DNA of 64,000 nucleotides from Eledone cirrhosa (GCA_964016885.1 OZ024749.1:45198001-45262000), one strand, 5' to 3'. Shown: positions 13,073 to 27,105, counted from the stretch's first letter. Notes: generated by a model from the letters alone, not told the origin. Translations and numbers: made by a program.

Positions 13073-13750
13073 AGTGGAAGCTTAGTATTATCAAACCTTT
13101 GGATGTCGGCAAGCAAAGTCGACCTACAATAGGAATGAGTTAGCAAAGCACTCAATAAGAGTATGTCCTTAGAGTAATAACATACGTTTAAATAGCTTGA
13201 CATATTGAACATTGTGGTAGGCAAACCTAACACACAATACCAAAGTAACGAAAAACTAACAGGTTAAAAAAGATACACCTGGACAAATCAGACGATATAC
13301 ATTTAAAGTGTTTCTATGAATCCTAAATCAGTTATTCAACTTACGTAACGGGCACGCTCATGGTATTCCATGATCGAACAGAGGATTCATTTCATCAACA
13401 GGGATTCCGTTCTGCCATAAATCGGAGTGGACAAGCTAAATGCGGCCGCTAGAAGGCAGCCAGTGAACACTTAATTGTCACGTGTTATTTCCAACAAGGG
13501 AAACAACCCCGGTTTTTGGCGGGTAGATTCAAAGTGTTAATGAAGGAAATATTATAATTTCCGCTAACATTTCGAATAAAAGCTCTCAACTACATGTTAT
13601 TAAACAAACACAAATAATTAACCAATCAACAGAATTGTCTAATTAAATTAATTAGTTAATTATTAAATCTAGGAGAAAATAATACAAGTGGAAGCTTAGT
13701 AAAATCGAAGCTTTGGCTCTGGGCAAGCAAAGTCGACCTACAATAGGAAT
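13071..13750 (-). mobile_element. Terminally redundant element (family I), 614-bp period
   Basis: 66-bp direct repeats 13071-13136 and 13685-13750 (~7 mismatches), TA flanks; partial second copy 51937-52097. Confidence 0.8.
13294..13402 (-). ncRNA. Hammerhead-like motif with long branched stem II (family I)
   Basis: UUGAUGA A-AUGAAUCCU..AGGAUUCAU-A GAA ACA-CUUUAAA-UGU A; C3U core, weak stem I. Confidence 0.6.
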
Positions 13751-14339
13751 ATATATATATATACATATACACACACACAGATATATATGGATGTATATTA
13801 TTGTCCTCCCCACCTTCTCCCTCTCTCTCACTCCCAATTGATCTTTACATTTCATTTGATTCTTATACAAAACAAACAAGAAAGAATGTTTACATATTTT
13901 CATGAGACAATATGTTTTTGTATAGTTAATCTGTTTTGCTAATTTGTGTTTATTTTATTGTTAGTGCTGTGTTTTATAGTTGATGTTTTTGTTGCTGTTG
14001 TTGTTGTTGTTGTTTTCGTTTTTTTTGTTGTTTTTTTTCCTCTGTTGTTGGCTTTTTAAAAAAGATTATATCAATTTATTCGTTATGTACAGATCATTAC
14101 GTTTAACCTCATCTAAATCCGTTTTAACCTGCTTATATATAACTGATATAAGATTTCCGAGAGTTATTAAATAAATGTGTATTTCGGATACACACACACA
14201 TATGTCTAGTGTATATATGTATATGACTATGTATGTAACATGTATATGACATGTATATAACTATATATATATATGTATATATATATATAATTGTGTGTGT
14301 AAGTGTGTGAGTATATGTGTGTGTACATGTATATAACTA

Positions 14340-14377
<38 letters not shown>

Positions 14378-14409
14378 TATACATGTACACACACATACAC
14401 TCTCACACT

Positions 14410-14461
<52 letters not shown>

Positions 14462-14499
14462 AATAAATATATATATACATATATGAATACACACACATA

Positions 14500-14564
<65 letters not shown>

Positions 14565-15036
14565 GTGTGTCTGTGTGTGCTTGTGTTAATTTAACCTCTG
14601 AATTCTACTACAATATTCGTTTACTTCTTATGGTGTACGCTTTCCTGAAATGTCCTGGTTATTCTAAATCTTATACATTTTCTGACACTCTAGCACTTCT
14701 CATATGGTACACACACGCTCGATCTGCATCCATGCAGTTACACATGCACACTCTCTAGTACTAACAAAAAAAATATTCCCACAGACAAACAACATATATA
14801 CATACACACTCCCACAAATACAGACAGACTCACACGCTAACATACCCAGACACACATTCTTGCTTCAACCCACACACGCACATATCATGAATTTGACCGC
14901 AGTTAATCACGTTCATATACAGTATCTCACTAAAAGTCTTATAATATTTCAGTTATTCGTAAATTGACTCTTCCATCCCATTGTTCCTCTAGTGCAAACT
15001 TGGGTAGAAACTCGTGATATCAACTATTATTATGTG

Positions 15037-15205
15037 TACAGAGGGTCGGACGCCATGCTTTCCAGCATAGTTACGTCCCTTTACGATCTGAGTTCAAATC
15101 CCGCCGAAGTTGACTTTGCCTTTCATCGTTACGGGGTCGATAAAATAAAGTACCAGAAATGCACTGGGTAATTGCTGGCCTTGTGCCTAAAGTAGAAACA
15201 ATTAT
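15037..15205 (+). mobile_element. S1 SINE, slightly 5' truncated
   Basis: Near identical to 1336-1523. Confidence 0.92.
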
Positions 15206-15436
15206 GTGTACTGTTATATAACAACTAGTTTTAGTATAACAGCAGCTGGCGCGGTGAATAATCATCGACGAATCTTGATGTCTCTTCAAGAGACATATTT
15301 TTAGTTAACTGCTGTTTATATATCTCACAAATACATATATCCATAGTGAGATGTAAATGTAGATATATTGTGCTGTCTTAGTAATTAAATATTTCACTTA
15401 GATGAGCTAAAATTGTACTGCCTATATTATTTTGAG

Positions 15437-15635
15437 TTAGACGGTCGGACACTATGCTTAGCAGCATAGAGTTATGACCCTTTACGTTCTGAGTTCAAAT
15501 CCCGCAGAGGTTAACTTTGCCTTTCATCCTTACGGGGTCGATAAAATAAAGTACCAGTAACGTATTGGGGTAAATTTAATCGACTTTCCCCTTGCCCAAA
15601 ATTGCTGGCCTTGTGCCTAAATCAGAAACCATTAT
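15437..15635 (+). mobile_element. S1 SINE, long variant
   Basis: Extra ~30-bp GGGG..AATCGACTTTCCCC segment, also at 25.9, 26.4 and 56.2 kb. Confidence 0.88.
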
Positions 15636-15845
15636 TTTGAGTTTAGTTATTGTAACTAAGATTGGTCAGATGTGCAATTTATTAGAGAACCAAAGACGGT
15701 GATATATAGGACAGAGAAAAATAATTGATACAGAAGAGGAATGAAGAATCGACACAAATAATGTTATGGTGGAGTATAGATGTATACGGTTATATCAGTC
15801 TTATAAATAAACAGCAATGCTATTATCTTTAAATGGAGTTTCAAA

Positions 15846-16033
15846 TAAGTGTTTCTACTATTGGCACAAGGCCAGTAATCACTCAGTACATTACTGTACT
15901 TTATTTTATCGACTCCGTAAGGATGAAAGGCAAAGTAAAACGTCGGCGGGATTTGAACTCAGAATGGAAAGTGCTGTAATTCTATGCGTCAAAGCATGGC
16001 GTCCGACCCTCTACCGATACTGCCAATTCACCA
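15846..16033 (-). mobile_element. S1 SINE
   Basis: Similarity to other S1 copies. Confidence 0.9.
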
Positions 16034-16912
16034 CTTTGAATTCACCACTTATAATGATGTTATGTTGTTGACAATGAAACAGACACTGAGCATTATCAAT
16101 ATCATGGATGTAATAGTCCATTGTGATCATAATGATAGTGTTGATTATAAACCCCTCTTCTGATAAGATTTAACAAACCAATGGTGATATTGAGGGGCAT
16201 GTTAATATGCTCATGATTATAATGATATCGCCATTGATAATGGTATTTACGATGATTATCATAATGACGTTGATGATGATGATCATATTCATTGTTTTGA
16301 TCATGATATTTACGTGTAGATGGGTATGAAAGTAGATGATATCCTTAAATTGGAATATACCATACGCAATGTCATCCAATGACATGTTAATTATAATTTA
16401 AATAATAATTATGTTTCTCATCATCACCAGCAGAAGCTGTATCCTTATCATGATCATTGAGGTGAGGTTCATTTACTGTTAACCGCAACAAGATATGTAA
16501 TGTTACTAGTGAATATTCATTACTAGTGGAGTATATTAGAATCGAACACAGGGATACTATGATTGCGAAACGAACAATTCGTCCATGATGGTATAGTTTT
16601 AATGATCCCAACACATATTTGTCACGTATTAACTTACATAGTTACGATACTGAACATCGGAATTTAACGTTAAAAATCGAGATATAGTTTGCATTCAAAA
16701 CTTCTCCTCAGTTCAATATTTGTATAATGAAATCTAGTGCGGAGCTCTCTATATCAATAGAATATCAAATTAACCCCCCCCCCCCTCTCTCTCTGTATAT
16801 ATATATAATATAATATATAGTTGAAACAGTAAACAAAAAAACAACGTAGAAGCGAAGAGTCAGTACAAAATGTTAATGTTTCACACTTGAGAGTGCTCTC
16901 TCTCTCTCTCTC

Positions 16913-16966
<54 letters not shown>

Positions 16967-16988
16967 CATACATACATATATATACTCC

Positions 16989-17073
<85 letters not shown>

Positions 17074-17524
17074 CTCGTACGTATATTTGACTGTTATGGC
17101 GTATAATTTTTACATATTCTGGTATTTAGGGTTTGGCTATGTGTATACGGGAGTTTTGCGTCCGCGTGAGTATGCAGGTTCGTACGTATGGTGGGTGTGT
17201 GTATATGTGTACTTCTTGTTTTAGTTGACTTACGTCTCCGAACATTCATGTATTTATTTGTAGGTATGTGTGTGCGCTTGTTATATACGTATTTATTTAC
17301 TTATATACGTTTATATAATTATTTATTTATTTGTACACAAGCATACACACACACACATATTTATATGTGCATGGTTTTGTATACCTATGGTAAGGTTTTG
17401 CGTATGCTTGTGTATGTACGTATCTGTTTGCGTGTATGTATTTATTTGTTTCTATTACTTCTGTATTGTATTTATTTACTTTGTTCTTATCTCTGTAGCG
17501 GAGATTCATTTGGTCTCCTAGTTA

Positions 17525-17942
17525 GGATTTTAGTCTACAACTTCTGCTATACCATTTACGTGGTTTTGTCTTTGCTTGCTATTGTTCTCCACGCTCCACA
17601 TATGACTTATTATATTCGTTTTTTCGTTCATTGCCAGAGAACGTCTCTATGCACCACCTAAGAGAACATTAGTCTACGACCTCTTTTATACCATAAACGT
17701 GGTTCTGTCTTTGCGCGTAATTGTTTCTCACCGCTCCTATTAATGACGTATTATTCGTTTTTTCCCGTTCTTTGCCAGGGAACGTTACCACGAACCAAAG
17801 TATCGTCTTCCTGTCTTCCTCCGGTTGCAACGTTTTTTGAAATATCCAGTTCTGCGTTTACAGATTGACTTTGTTAGTTTCAGAAGATCCCGTTAAGGGT
17901 GAAAGCAGCGATTCTTTGCTTAAACTTTAATCTGTTATTTTA

Positions 17943-17950
<8 letters not shown>
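17525..17950 (+). mobile_element. Longest family F copy, with internal 139-bp diverged tandem duplication
   Basis: Near identical to 51078-51615; repeat units start 17530 and 17669; ends AATAAA(TA)n. Confidence 0.85.
17860..17935 (+). ncRNA. Extended type I hammerhead fold with variant core CAGAAGA (family F)
   Basis: ACAGAUUGA-cuuuguu-AGUUU CAGAAGA U-CCC-GUUAA-GGG-U GAA AGCA..UGCU U AAACU-UUAAUCUGU. Confidence 0.75.
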
Positions 17951-18012
<62 letters not shown>

Positions 18013-18090
18013 TGATGAGCAGAACAAACAAACATTAAACAATCCTTTAAATAAATTAAAAAATAATTTAAATATCTACCTGTTCATAAT

Positions 18091-18160
18091 GCTATTACCG
18101 GCGGTTTCCATCCACAAAAGATTGGAAATTTCCAACGGAAAGTAGATTTCATCAGATAGC
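18091..18160 (-). ncRNA. Canonical type I hammerhead (family J)
   Basis: GCUAU CUGAUGA A-AUCUAC..UUGGAAAUUUCCAA..GUGGAU-G GAA ACC-GCC-GGU A AUAGC; TA-flanked island 18010-18365. Confidence 0.87.
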
Positions 18161-18387
18161 TATTTCCTTTCTATAGGACATACGTCCCATGGTCCGCAAA
18201 TATAATGCTAACTACCAGCTCGTATGAGTTATAGCCGTTAAAGTGACCCATACGTGACCTGGCCACTAGAGCAAGCGGGAATATTACAGACTTACTGATG
18301 GCTTGGCTGCTAAAAAAATAGCAGTAAGCAACAACGAATTTGTTTCTCTACATAGATTGGAGAATATAATATATATATATATATATA

Positions 18388-18465
18388 TTAAAATAACAGA
18401 TTAAAGTTTAAGCAATTCTTTGCTTAAACTTTTATCTGTTATTTTAATAAATATTTGCTCTAGAG
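18388..18465. mobile_element. Short family F fold-back remnant
   Basis: TTAAAATAACAGATTAAAGTTTAAGCAA / TTGCTTAAACTTTTATCTGTTATTTTAA. Confidence 0.75.
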
Positions 18466-19104
18466 TTCTAAATTTTGACCACACCTCCAGTTAGGTCACA
18501 ACTTTGACTCCTCTTGTATTTTTGAGGTGTGGTCAAAATTGTGCCTTATATATTTGGCTTGCGCTTTGGTTACATGTATGATATAAATAAATAATATAAT
18601 ATTCCTGCTCTCTTTCTGATTGAGAACTGTTTTCCTTGCTTTTTTTTTTCGCTTGATGAGACATGTACCTAAATATAAATATAAGAAAAATATGCAGTTT
18701 ACAGTAAAATGTTAACATAAACGTCATACACACCTGAGAAAAACTTGACTTATGACGCATAAATCTAGTGGTCAAGCTACGAACTATTTGGTTTAAAGAT
18801 TCAGAGGTGAATTTAGAAATGCAGGAAATTAGACTTTACAATAACATACAGTCACACATACACAAACACATAAACGGAAATAAAAATACTTGCACACAAA
18901 AACATACACGAGAATTTGTCTTCCTTGTGAGTTTTGAGAAGAACAAGCGTTAAATATTATAAACTCGAATTATATTTACAATTTATAATCAATAACAAAT
19001 TTCTTCCTGGGCTATTACAAGAAGTATGTCAGCTTAGAATTATGAAAGCCAGATCACAACGATCCAGTTTCGATTCCACTGCATGCTGCTATTTAAGCCT
19101 CATA

Positions 19105-19300
19105 TTGACATTGCACTCAGTGCTCCTGTGGGATCCCCTGCAATGACACACTAGAAGAGGAAGACCGAGATTAACATATGTTGATGCCCTAAAGACAGAC
19201 ATTGGTATCTTGGAGTCGCAGGACATGGCAGCGATAATGAGGGACAGACACCGCTGGAGAGAACTCGTCCATGGATCTCGGGAATTTTACCGGCCCTAGA
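19105..19300 (+). mobile_element. RTE-type LINE 3' fragment
   Basis: Second copy of 52436-52630 with an in-frame stop. Confidence 0.85.
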
Positions 19301-19728
19301 CATTGATCAGTATCTCGTGATATATATACTTTTCATATATGTATATCAGAAATACACACACAACCACGCGCACAGGCCTATCTCACTATCTCGCTTTCTA
19401 ATTTTGTCTGTCTGTCTCTGTGTGTATGTGTATCTGTCACTCTCCCTCTTTAAATGTAAAAAGTATCTCGTCGGTCATAAATGACCATGGGCTTTGAATC
19501 TACAATGTTCCTCTCTGTGGCATCGGCCGATTGTAGTGATTTTGTGGACGATCAGCAGTTGCTCATGCAAAGGCCGATAGAACTTACAAGCAATGACATC
19601 ACAGTTAACTCGAGCAACGTGAAATAAAGTGTCGTGCTCAAGTCAACAAAGCTCTACCTGGTCCGAGAAGGTTCTCCCCCCCCTACACACACATTTCGTT
19701 GTCTCTCTTTCTCTCTGCCACTGTATAC

Positions 19729-19797
<69 letters not shown>

Positions 19798-19913
19798 GGC
19801 CCTTGTGGCCAATAAATGAAATCATATATATATATATAAGGTCTCCCAAAGAAACGTATACGCACTTTTTGGAACACCCTCTCTATATATATATAATACG
19901 GATTTAGATCGAT

Positions 19914-19960
<47 letters not shown>

Positions 19961-20705
19961 AAGGCATTCTCTAAAGTCCCCACCCCCCAAAAAAAGAAGA
20001 AAGCTACAAAAAAAAAGTAAAAAAATAAACACACCCCCAATCAAATAAAACAAATATGCTCCCTACAAAATTTACCACTGTTTTATTTTTTTTCGTTAGA
20101 CACTCGGTGTAGTACCTCGTGAAATCACCACTGTGTGTCAGGGGTGTGTCGAGTGCCGCGTAGGAAGTTAATGCAGTATGTATTAGAGGTGTGGTGTGAG
20201 GTGTTAGAGGAGTGACGAGTGGTATGGTGATTAACAACGAAAATATACCGGATACTTGAGCTGGTAGAGCAGGTTTTATTTTTTTTTTCAACCTTCAATT
20301 TTTGTTTACTGTCTCCTCTAACCGGTTCTTAAAAAAAAACAAAACCCAAGGATGGGCAATTGCGAGCGAAGTTTAGTTAGCTAGACGGCGTAAAGGTGTG
20401 GGTGATGGTAGTTATTGAACGGGCACTTATTGTAATGTGTTGGGAACTTCGGCTTCCCATCATCACACACCCCCATATCACCACATTAACCTACCTACAT
20501 ACCTTCCAGCACACCTACCTACCTGTCTACATACAGTTCGTACTGACCTACCTGCCTAACCACTAACCTACCAACAACAACAACTCACTCTCCAAAACCG
20601 GACACACTCGCACACACACACGCATGCACACAGAAAACACATACACGCACACATACAGACAAACACAGTGATATATATGTATTTGTGTATATATACATAT
20701 ATATG

Positions 20706-20756
<51 letters not shown>

Positions 20757-20972
20757 ATATATATACATACACACACACACGCACATATATATATATATAT
20801 ATATATAGTAAACACGCATGTGTTTATATGTTAAACCTCAAAAACATTCACACACACACACTTGTAATCACATATTAATACTTACACGCATTCACACACA
20901 TACATTCAAACAAACATACATATATACATACAAACGTGCATGCATACATACATACATACATACATACATACA

Positions 20973-21004
<32 letters not shown>

Positions 21005-21240
21005 CACATGCATATATCAAATTAACTACACATGCCAGTATTGTTACTCAAAATAACAAAATCATTTAAAGTACATGAATTTACTATATTTTGAAAAAAA
21101 AACTGTTTTAAGATATTTTTGACAAACATCAAATTGTCGAGAAATGTTGATTCATTCACAAACTTTGCATCCAAATATTTCAGAAGTTTCAACGTTAACG
21201 ATAAAACGCATGAAATATAACACACTTTAGAATTTAGTAT

Positions 21241-21714
21241 ATAATTCTTTTTACTTTAGGCACAAGGCCAGCAATTACCCAGTGCATTACTGGTACTTTA
21301 TTTTATCGACCCCTTAATGATGAAAGGCAAAGTTAACCTCGGCGGGATTTGAACTATTATGGTTAATAATTATTATGGTTAATAATAATTGTTTCTACTT
21401 TAGGCACAAGGCCAGCAATTACCCAGTGCATTACTGGTACTTTATTTTATCGACCCCTTAATGATGAAAAGCAAAGTCAACCTCGGCGGGATTTGAACTA
21501 TTATGGTTAATAATTATTATGGTTAATAATAATTGTTTCTACTTTAGGCACAAGGCCAGCAATTACCCAGTGCATTACTGGTACTTTATTTTATCGACCC
21601 CTTAATGATGAAAAGCAAAGTCAACCTCGGCGGGATTTGAACTCAGATTGTAAAGGGACGTAACTATGCTCGAAAGCATGGCGTCCGACTCTCTACCGAT
21701 ACTGCCAATCCACC
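21241..21714 (-). mobile_element. S1 SINE with 3' part tandemly triplicated (144-bp period)
   Basis: TTAGGCACAAGG at 21256, 21400, 21544; shared private variants. Confidence 0.9.
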
Positions 21715-21924
21715 GGAGAGAGGAGGACTTACAGCACAGTCTAGCATGCCCTACCACCAGCTCCCACATCTCCACTACCAAAGAAAGGTGGTGGAGGAGG
21801 CACCAATGATTGGAGCCTTGGGTTCCAACCACATTTTTGACATGAATTTCTCAGTCAAAATCAAAATACAAAATTGAAGAAAATGGCCTCTTGCCATAAT
21901 TTCACTGAAACATGTGTGATAGAA

Positions 21925-22170
21925 TCGTGTGGTGTGTTGGTCTTATGACCCTAAAGTTGTGGGTTCAATTTCTGGACCGGGTTGTGTTCTTGAGCAAAAC
22001 ACTTCATTTCATGTTGGTCCAGTATACTCAACTGAAAACGATTACCAACAATATCTGGGAGTTTAACCCAGTGATGGACTGACGTCCTGTCCAGGTAGGG
22101 GAGTATTGTACTCTCAGTTACTTAACGCTATAGAAACCGGGAGACCCACTGACCTGATGAGCCTCCAGGC
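21925..22170 (+). mobile_element. Second tRNA-derived SINE family (S2)
   Basis: GGTTCAATT B-box then CTTGAGCAAGACACTT(C/T)ATTTCA; related copies at 26075, 31790-32117, 43552-43812. Confidence 0.7.
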
Positions 22171-22680
22171 TTGAGACAGATTTTAGACTTAGACATACTT
22201 GAGTATGTATGTGTTTAGAGGAAATAAAATACGTCAACATGTTGTAGAAGCCACTTACTATCCATTGAGCCACGCGCTTTCACAAGTCACAATTTACTGT
22301 CATTAAAATGGATGTTATTTGGGAATTCTGTATATAGGAAGAAACAGGATTGTCACGTCTAGTATTGCTTTGATATTATTGAGAGTTGATTTGGGGGCTA
22401 AACAACCTCAACTAAAACATCAGCAACACAGAATCCCTTCGACTACAAACGAACATTTTCGTGGTTGGGTATCCACTAGAAATTACAGCCAGATCTCCCT
22501 CAACTCTACACCTCCCGTCCTTGCAGGACATATGGAAATATATTAAACATGTAGCGTGGGAGTGATACATACATATATACACTGGCACATACACACACTT
22601 AAAGACACACAGAATTGCACAAACTCTCACTTAAATGATAAAACATATACACATAAAAAAACATTTTAGAACAGACGTAT

Positions 22681-22866
22681 ATAATTGTTTCTACTTTTGG
22701 CACAAGGCCAGCAATTACCCAGTACATTACTGGTACTTTATTTTATCGACCTCTGTATGGATGAAAGGCAAAGTTAACCTCGGCGGGATTTGAACTCAGA
22801 TCGTAAAGGGACGTAACTATGCTGGAAAGCATGGCGTCCGACCCTCCACCGATACTGCCAATCCAC
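22681..22866 (-). mobile_element. S1 SINE
   Basis: Similarity to other S1 copies. Confidence 0.9.
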
Positions 22867-22984
22867 GTTGTCAGTATTGCAGCCGTTGTTGTGGACACAC
22901 TACACAGTTAGACACATACATAATATCATTCACGCGTATACAGAGGAAACACTCACATACATATATAGCATCGCTATCACACAT

Positions 22985-24535
22985 ACACATCACACACACA
23001 CACATCACTCACATACATATACAGCATCACTCACACACATACACATCATTCACATACATATACAGCATCACTCACACACATACACATCACTCACATACTT
23101 ATACAGCATCACTCACACACATACACATCACTCACATACATATACAGCATCACTCACACACATACACATCACTCACATACATATACAGCATCACTCACAC
23201 ACATACACATCACTCACATACATATACATCATCACTCACACACATACACATCACTCATATACATATACAGCATCACTCACACACATACACATCACTCACA
23301 TATATATACAGCATCACTCACACACATACACATCACTCACATACATATACAGCATCACTCACACACATACACATCACTCACATACATATACAGCATCACT
23401 CACACACATACACATCACTCACATACATATACAGCATCACTCACACACATACACATCATTCACATACATATACAGCATCACTCACACACATACACATCAC
23501 TCACATACATATACAGCATCACTCACACACATACACATCACTCACATACATATACATCATCACTCACACACATACACATCACTCATATACATATACAGCA
23601 TCACTCACACACATACACATCACTCACACACATACACATCACTCACATACATATACAGCATCACTCACACACATACACATCATTCACATACATATACAGC
23701 ATCACTCACACACATACACATCACTCACATACATATACAGCATCACTCACACACATACACATCACTCACACACATACACATCACTCACATACATATACAG
23801 CATCACTCACACACATACACATCATTCACATACATATACAGCATCACTCACACACATACACATCACTCATATACATATACAGCATCACTCACACACATAC
23901 ACATCACTCACATACATATACAGCATCACTCACACACATACACATCACTCACATACATATACAGCATCACTCACACACATACACATCATTCACATACATA
24001 TACAGCATCACTCACACACATACACATAACTCACATACATATACAGCATCACTCACACACATACACATCACTCACATACATATACATCATCACTCACACA
24101 CATACACATCACTCATATACATATACAGCATCACTCACACACATACACATCACTCACACACATACACATCACTCACATACATATACATCATCACTCACAC
24201 ACATACACATCACTCATATACATATACAGCATCACTCACACACATACACATCACTCACACACATACACATCACTCACATACATATACATCATCACTCACA
24301 CACATACACATCACTCACATACATATACAGCATCACTCACATACATATACAGCATCACTCACACACATACACATCACTCACATACATATACAGCATCACT
24401 CACACACATACACATCACTCACATACATATACAGCATCACTCACACACATACACATCACTCACATACATATACAGCATCACTCACACACATACACATCAC
24501 TCACATACATATACAGCATCACTCACACACATACA
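22985..24535. repeat. 41-bp minisatellite made of 19- and 22-bp subunits
   Basis: CATCACTCACACACATACA + CATCACTCACATACATATACAG over ~1.55 kb. Confidence 0.95.
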
Positions 24536-25106
24536 CAAAACACACATGCATATCATCACTCACTCACATTCACAATTTCACTCACACATATACACAACAC
24601 TCACATACATATAGAGCATCATTCACACATATACACAACATCACTCACACATATATGTAACACACTTACGCATACACAATACATATTCACATTCATACAC
24701 AAGCATAAAACACACTGACATTTGTACAGCAGACATACACATGCACAATACACACACATACACAACACACTCATGTGCAAGCAGAACGCACATGCTCACG
24801 CATGCACAAGCCACACACACAACTACACTCACACATGCTCAACACACGCATATCCTGGCGTTTTGCTTGTACCTTCCCCAAAACAACCATCACACCCACC
24901 CCACTGTGTTGCCGTCTTCCGGCCACAAACTCCTCACCCCGTGACCCTGCTGGTGCGCTTTTCAGGCAGACCAGTCGCACCGCGATTCCATATTACAACA
25001 GTCACCCCACCACAACTCCCCAAACAACCACCCTTCTCCCTCTCTATTTCTGCTCTTTCCTCCACTGAATGTGTGTACAGACACAGACACAGACACACAC
25101 ACACAT

Positions 25107-25140
<34 letters not shown>

Positions 25141-25141
25141 T

Positions 25142-25180
<39 letters not shown>

Positions 25181-25223
25181 ATACGAGAATTAAACGGAAA
25201 ACAATAAGCAAATAAGTACATGC

Positions 25224-25305
<82 letters not shown>

Positions 25306-25780
25306 GCATATATATATATATATATATTTGTACGCATGCGTGAATGGATACACAAACAGCATAGTGGTGTTAAGCACATGCATCCAGAAATACACACGGA
25401 CTCGCTTACACACAAGCATCATGGAACACACACAAACACACAAACGTCATTCGCAGCTTCATAACGTAAAGACTTTGTTAATCACAAATCTAACCTTCAT
25501 TTCCACTACAACCACTACCACTATCTCTACCACCGTCCACACCACCACATTTTAACTGTACGATATTGCCACCTAAAGTTGACTATCATATGATTGCAAC
25601 AGAACTATAACACCACTACAGCATCACAGTAATAATACTGTAACTAACACCACTATAATTCTATACAACACATGTGTATCACCGTTGCAAAACCACTATA
25701 GTACCGCTGTAATATTAGTGTAACTCACTTGTAACTCTTCCGTAACACCACATTAGTACCATTATAATAGCACTATATAA

Positions 25781-25997
25781 GAGCGGTGGATTGGCAGTAT
25801 CGGTAGAGGGTCGGACGCCATGCTTTGCAGCATAGAGTTACGGCCCTTTATGATCTGAGTTCAAATCCCACCGAGGTTAACTTTGCCTTTCATCCTTACT
25901 GGGTCGATACAATAAGGTACCAGTCACGCACTGGTGTCGATTTAATCGACTTTCCTCTCCCCGTCTAAATTACTGGCCTTGTGCCTATACTAGAAAT
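25781..25997 (+). mobile_element. S1 SINE long variant with 18-bp target-site duplication
   Basis: CATTATAATAGCACTATA at 25760-25777 and 25998-26015. Confidence 0.92.
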
Positions 25998-26669
25998 CAT
26001 TATAATAGCACTATAATAACACCACTGTAACTCAGCATTTTGTCTGACAATATTCCTACTATAGCCACACTATAAGCGCGTGGCTGACTTGTTAGAGAAT
26101 TGGATTCGCAATCAAAAGGTTGCGAGTTCGATTTCTGCACTGAACGATGCGATATGTCCTTGAGCAAGACACTTTATTTCACGTTGCTCATTCTGCTGGT
26201 ATTTCGACTAGTAGATAGTATTAGCGATTGGAAAGACCAATGGAAACATTGTTTCCTCGGTCCGACTTGATGATCTCCACCCCACTCGTTAAGCGAATGA
26301 GGTCTGGGATCTTGTTGATCGAATGCTATATATAGAACCACAATGACAATATCAGAATGCCCTCATATAATCATTAGAGTTTAAGGCATATATAATGCAA
26401 CCATAATAATTATTTCAAATCTAGGCACAAGGCCAACAATTTTGGGAGGATGGAAAATCGATAAAAACAACTCCAGTGCATTACTGGTACTTCATTTTAT
26501 CGACTTTTAAACACGGCGAGGTTTCAACTCAGAACGCAAAGGGAATTAACTCTATGCCGCGAAGCATGCTGTCGTACGTTCTTTCGATAATATCATAACA
26601 CATGTTCGGTTCCTCTAATTTTACTGTCAGCAACACTTCTAACAACACAATGTATATATGTGTGTATGA

Positions 26670-26776
<107 letters not shown>

Positions 26777-26923
26777 TGAGTGAGTGTGTGTGTGAGTGTG
26801 TGTGTGTGTGTGTCTAAGTGTGCGTGTGTTTGTGTGTGTTTATATGAGTGTGTATATATATACCCGCTCATATATGTGGTTCCTTACCTTCGTTATATAT
26901 TTATATATATATATATATACGTA

Positions 26924-27105
26924 GGTCCCGGGTTGAGTCGGGGATAACCACAGTAAGTAAGGTACTCAATACATGGCAGAGTAAAAAATGTTTTATTGTA
27001 TAGAAGGAGCTTCTACAGGACTAGTACTGTTTCATTCAGATGCTTCTTGAAGATTTCATCTGAATGAAACAGTACTAGTCCTGTAGAAGCTCCTTCTATA
27101 CAATA
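26924..27105. mobile_element. Family G fold-back element
   Basis: 49-bp perfect arms 26994-27042 and 27057-27105, minus-strand tail, TA flanks. Confidence 0.82.
27042..27090 (+). ncRNA. Type I hammerhead (family G), core UUGAAGA
   Basis: GCUUC UUGAAGA U-UUC-AUCU-GAA-U GAA ACAG-UACUAGUC-CUGU A GAAGC. Confidence 0.72.

Noticed and set aside
21241-21714. CRISPR-like repeat-spacer appearance
   Set aside because: Spacers identical, repeats are SINE sequence, eukaryotic context
22150-22180. CTGATGAGCC-TCCA-GGC
   Set aside because: No adjacent GAAA or stem III; part of the SINE tail
22868-24718. 616-aa His/Thr-rich ORF
   Set aside because: Translation of a nearly stop-free 41-bp minisatellite; unit length is not a multiple of 3
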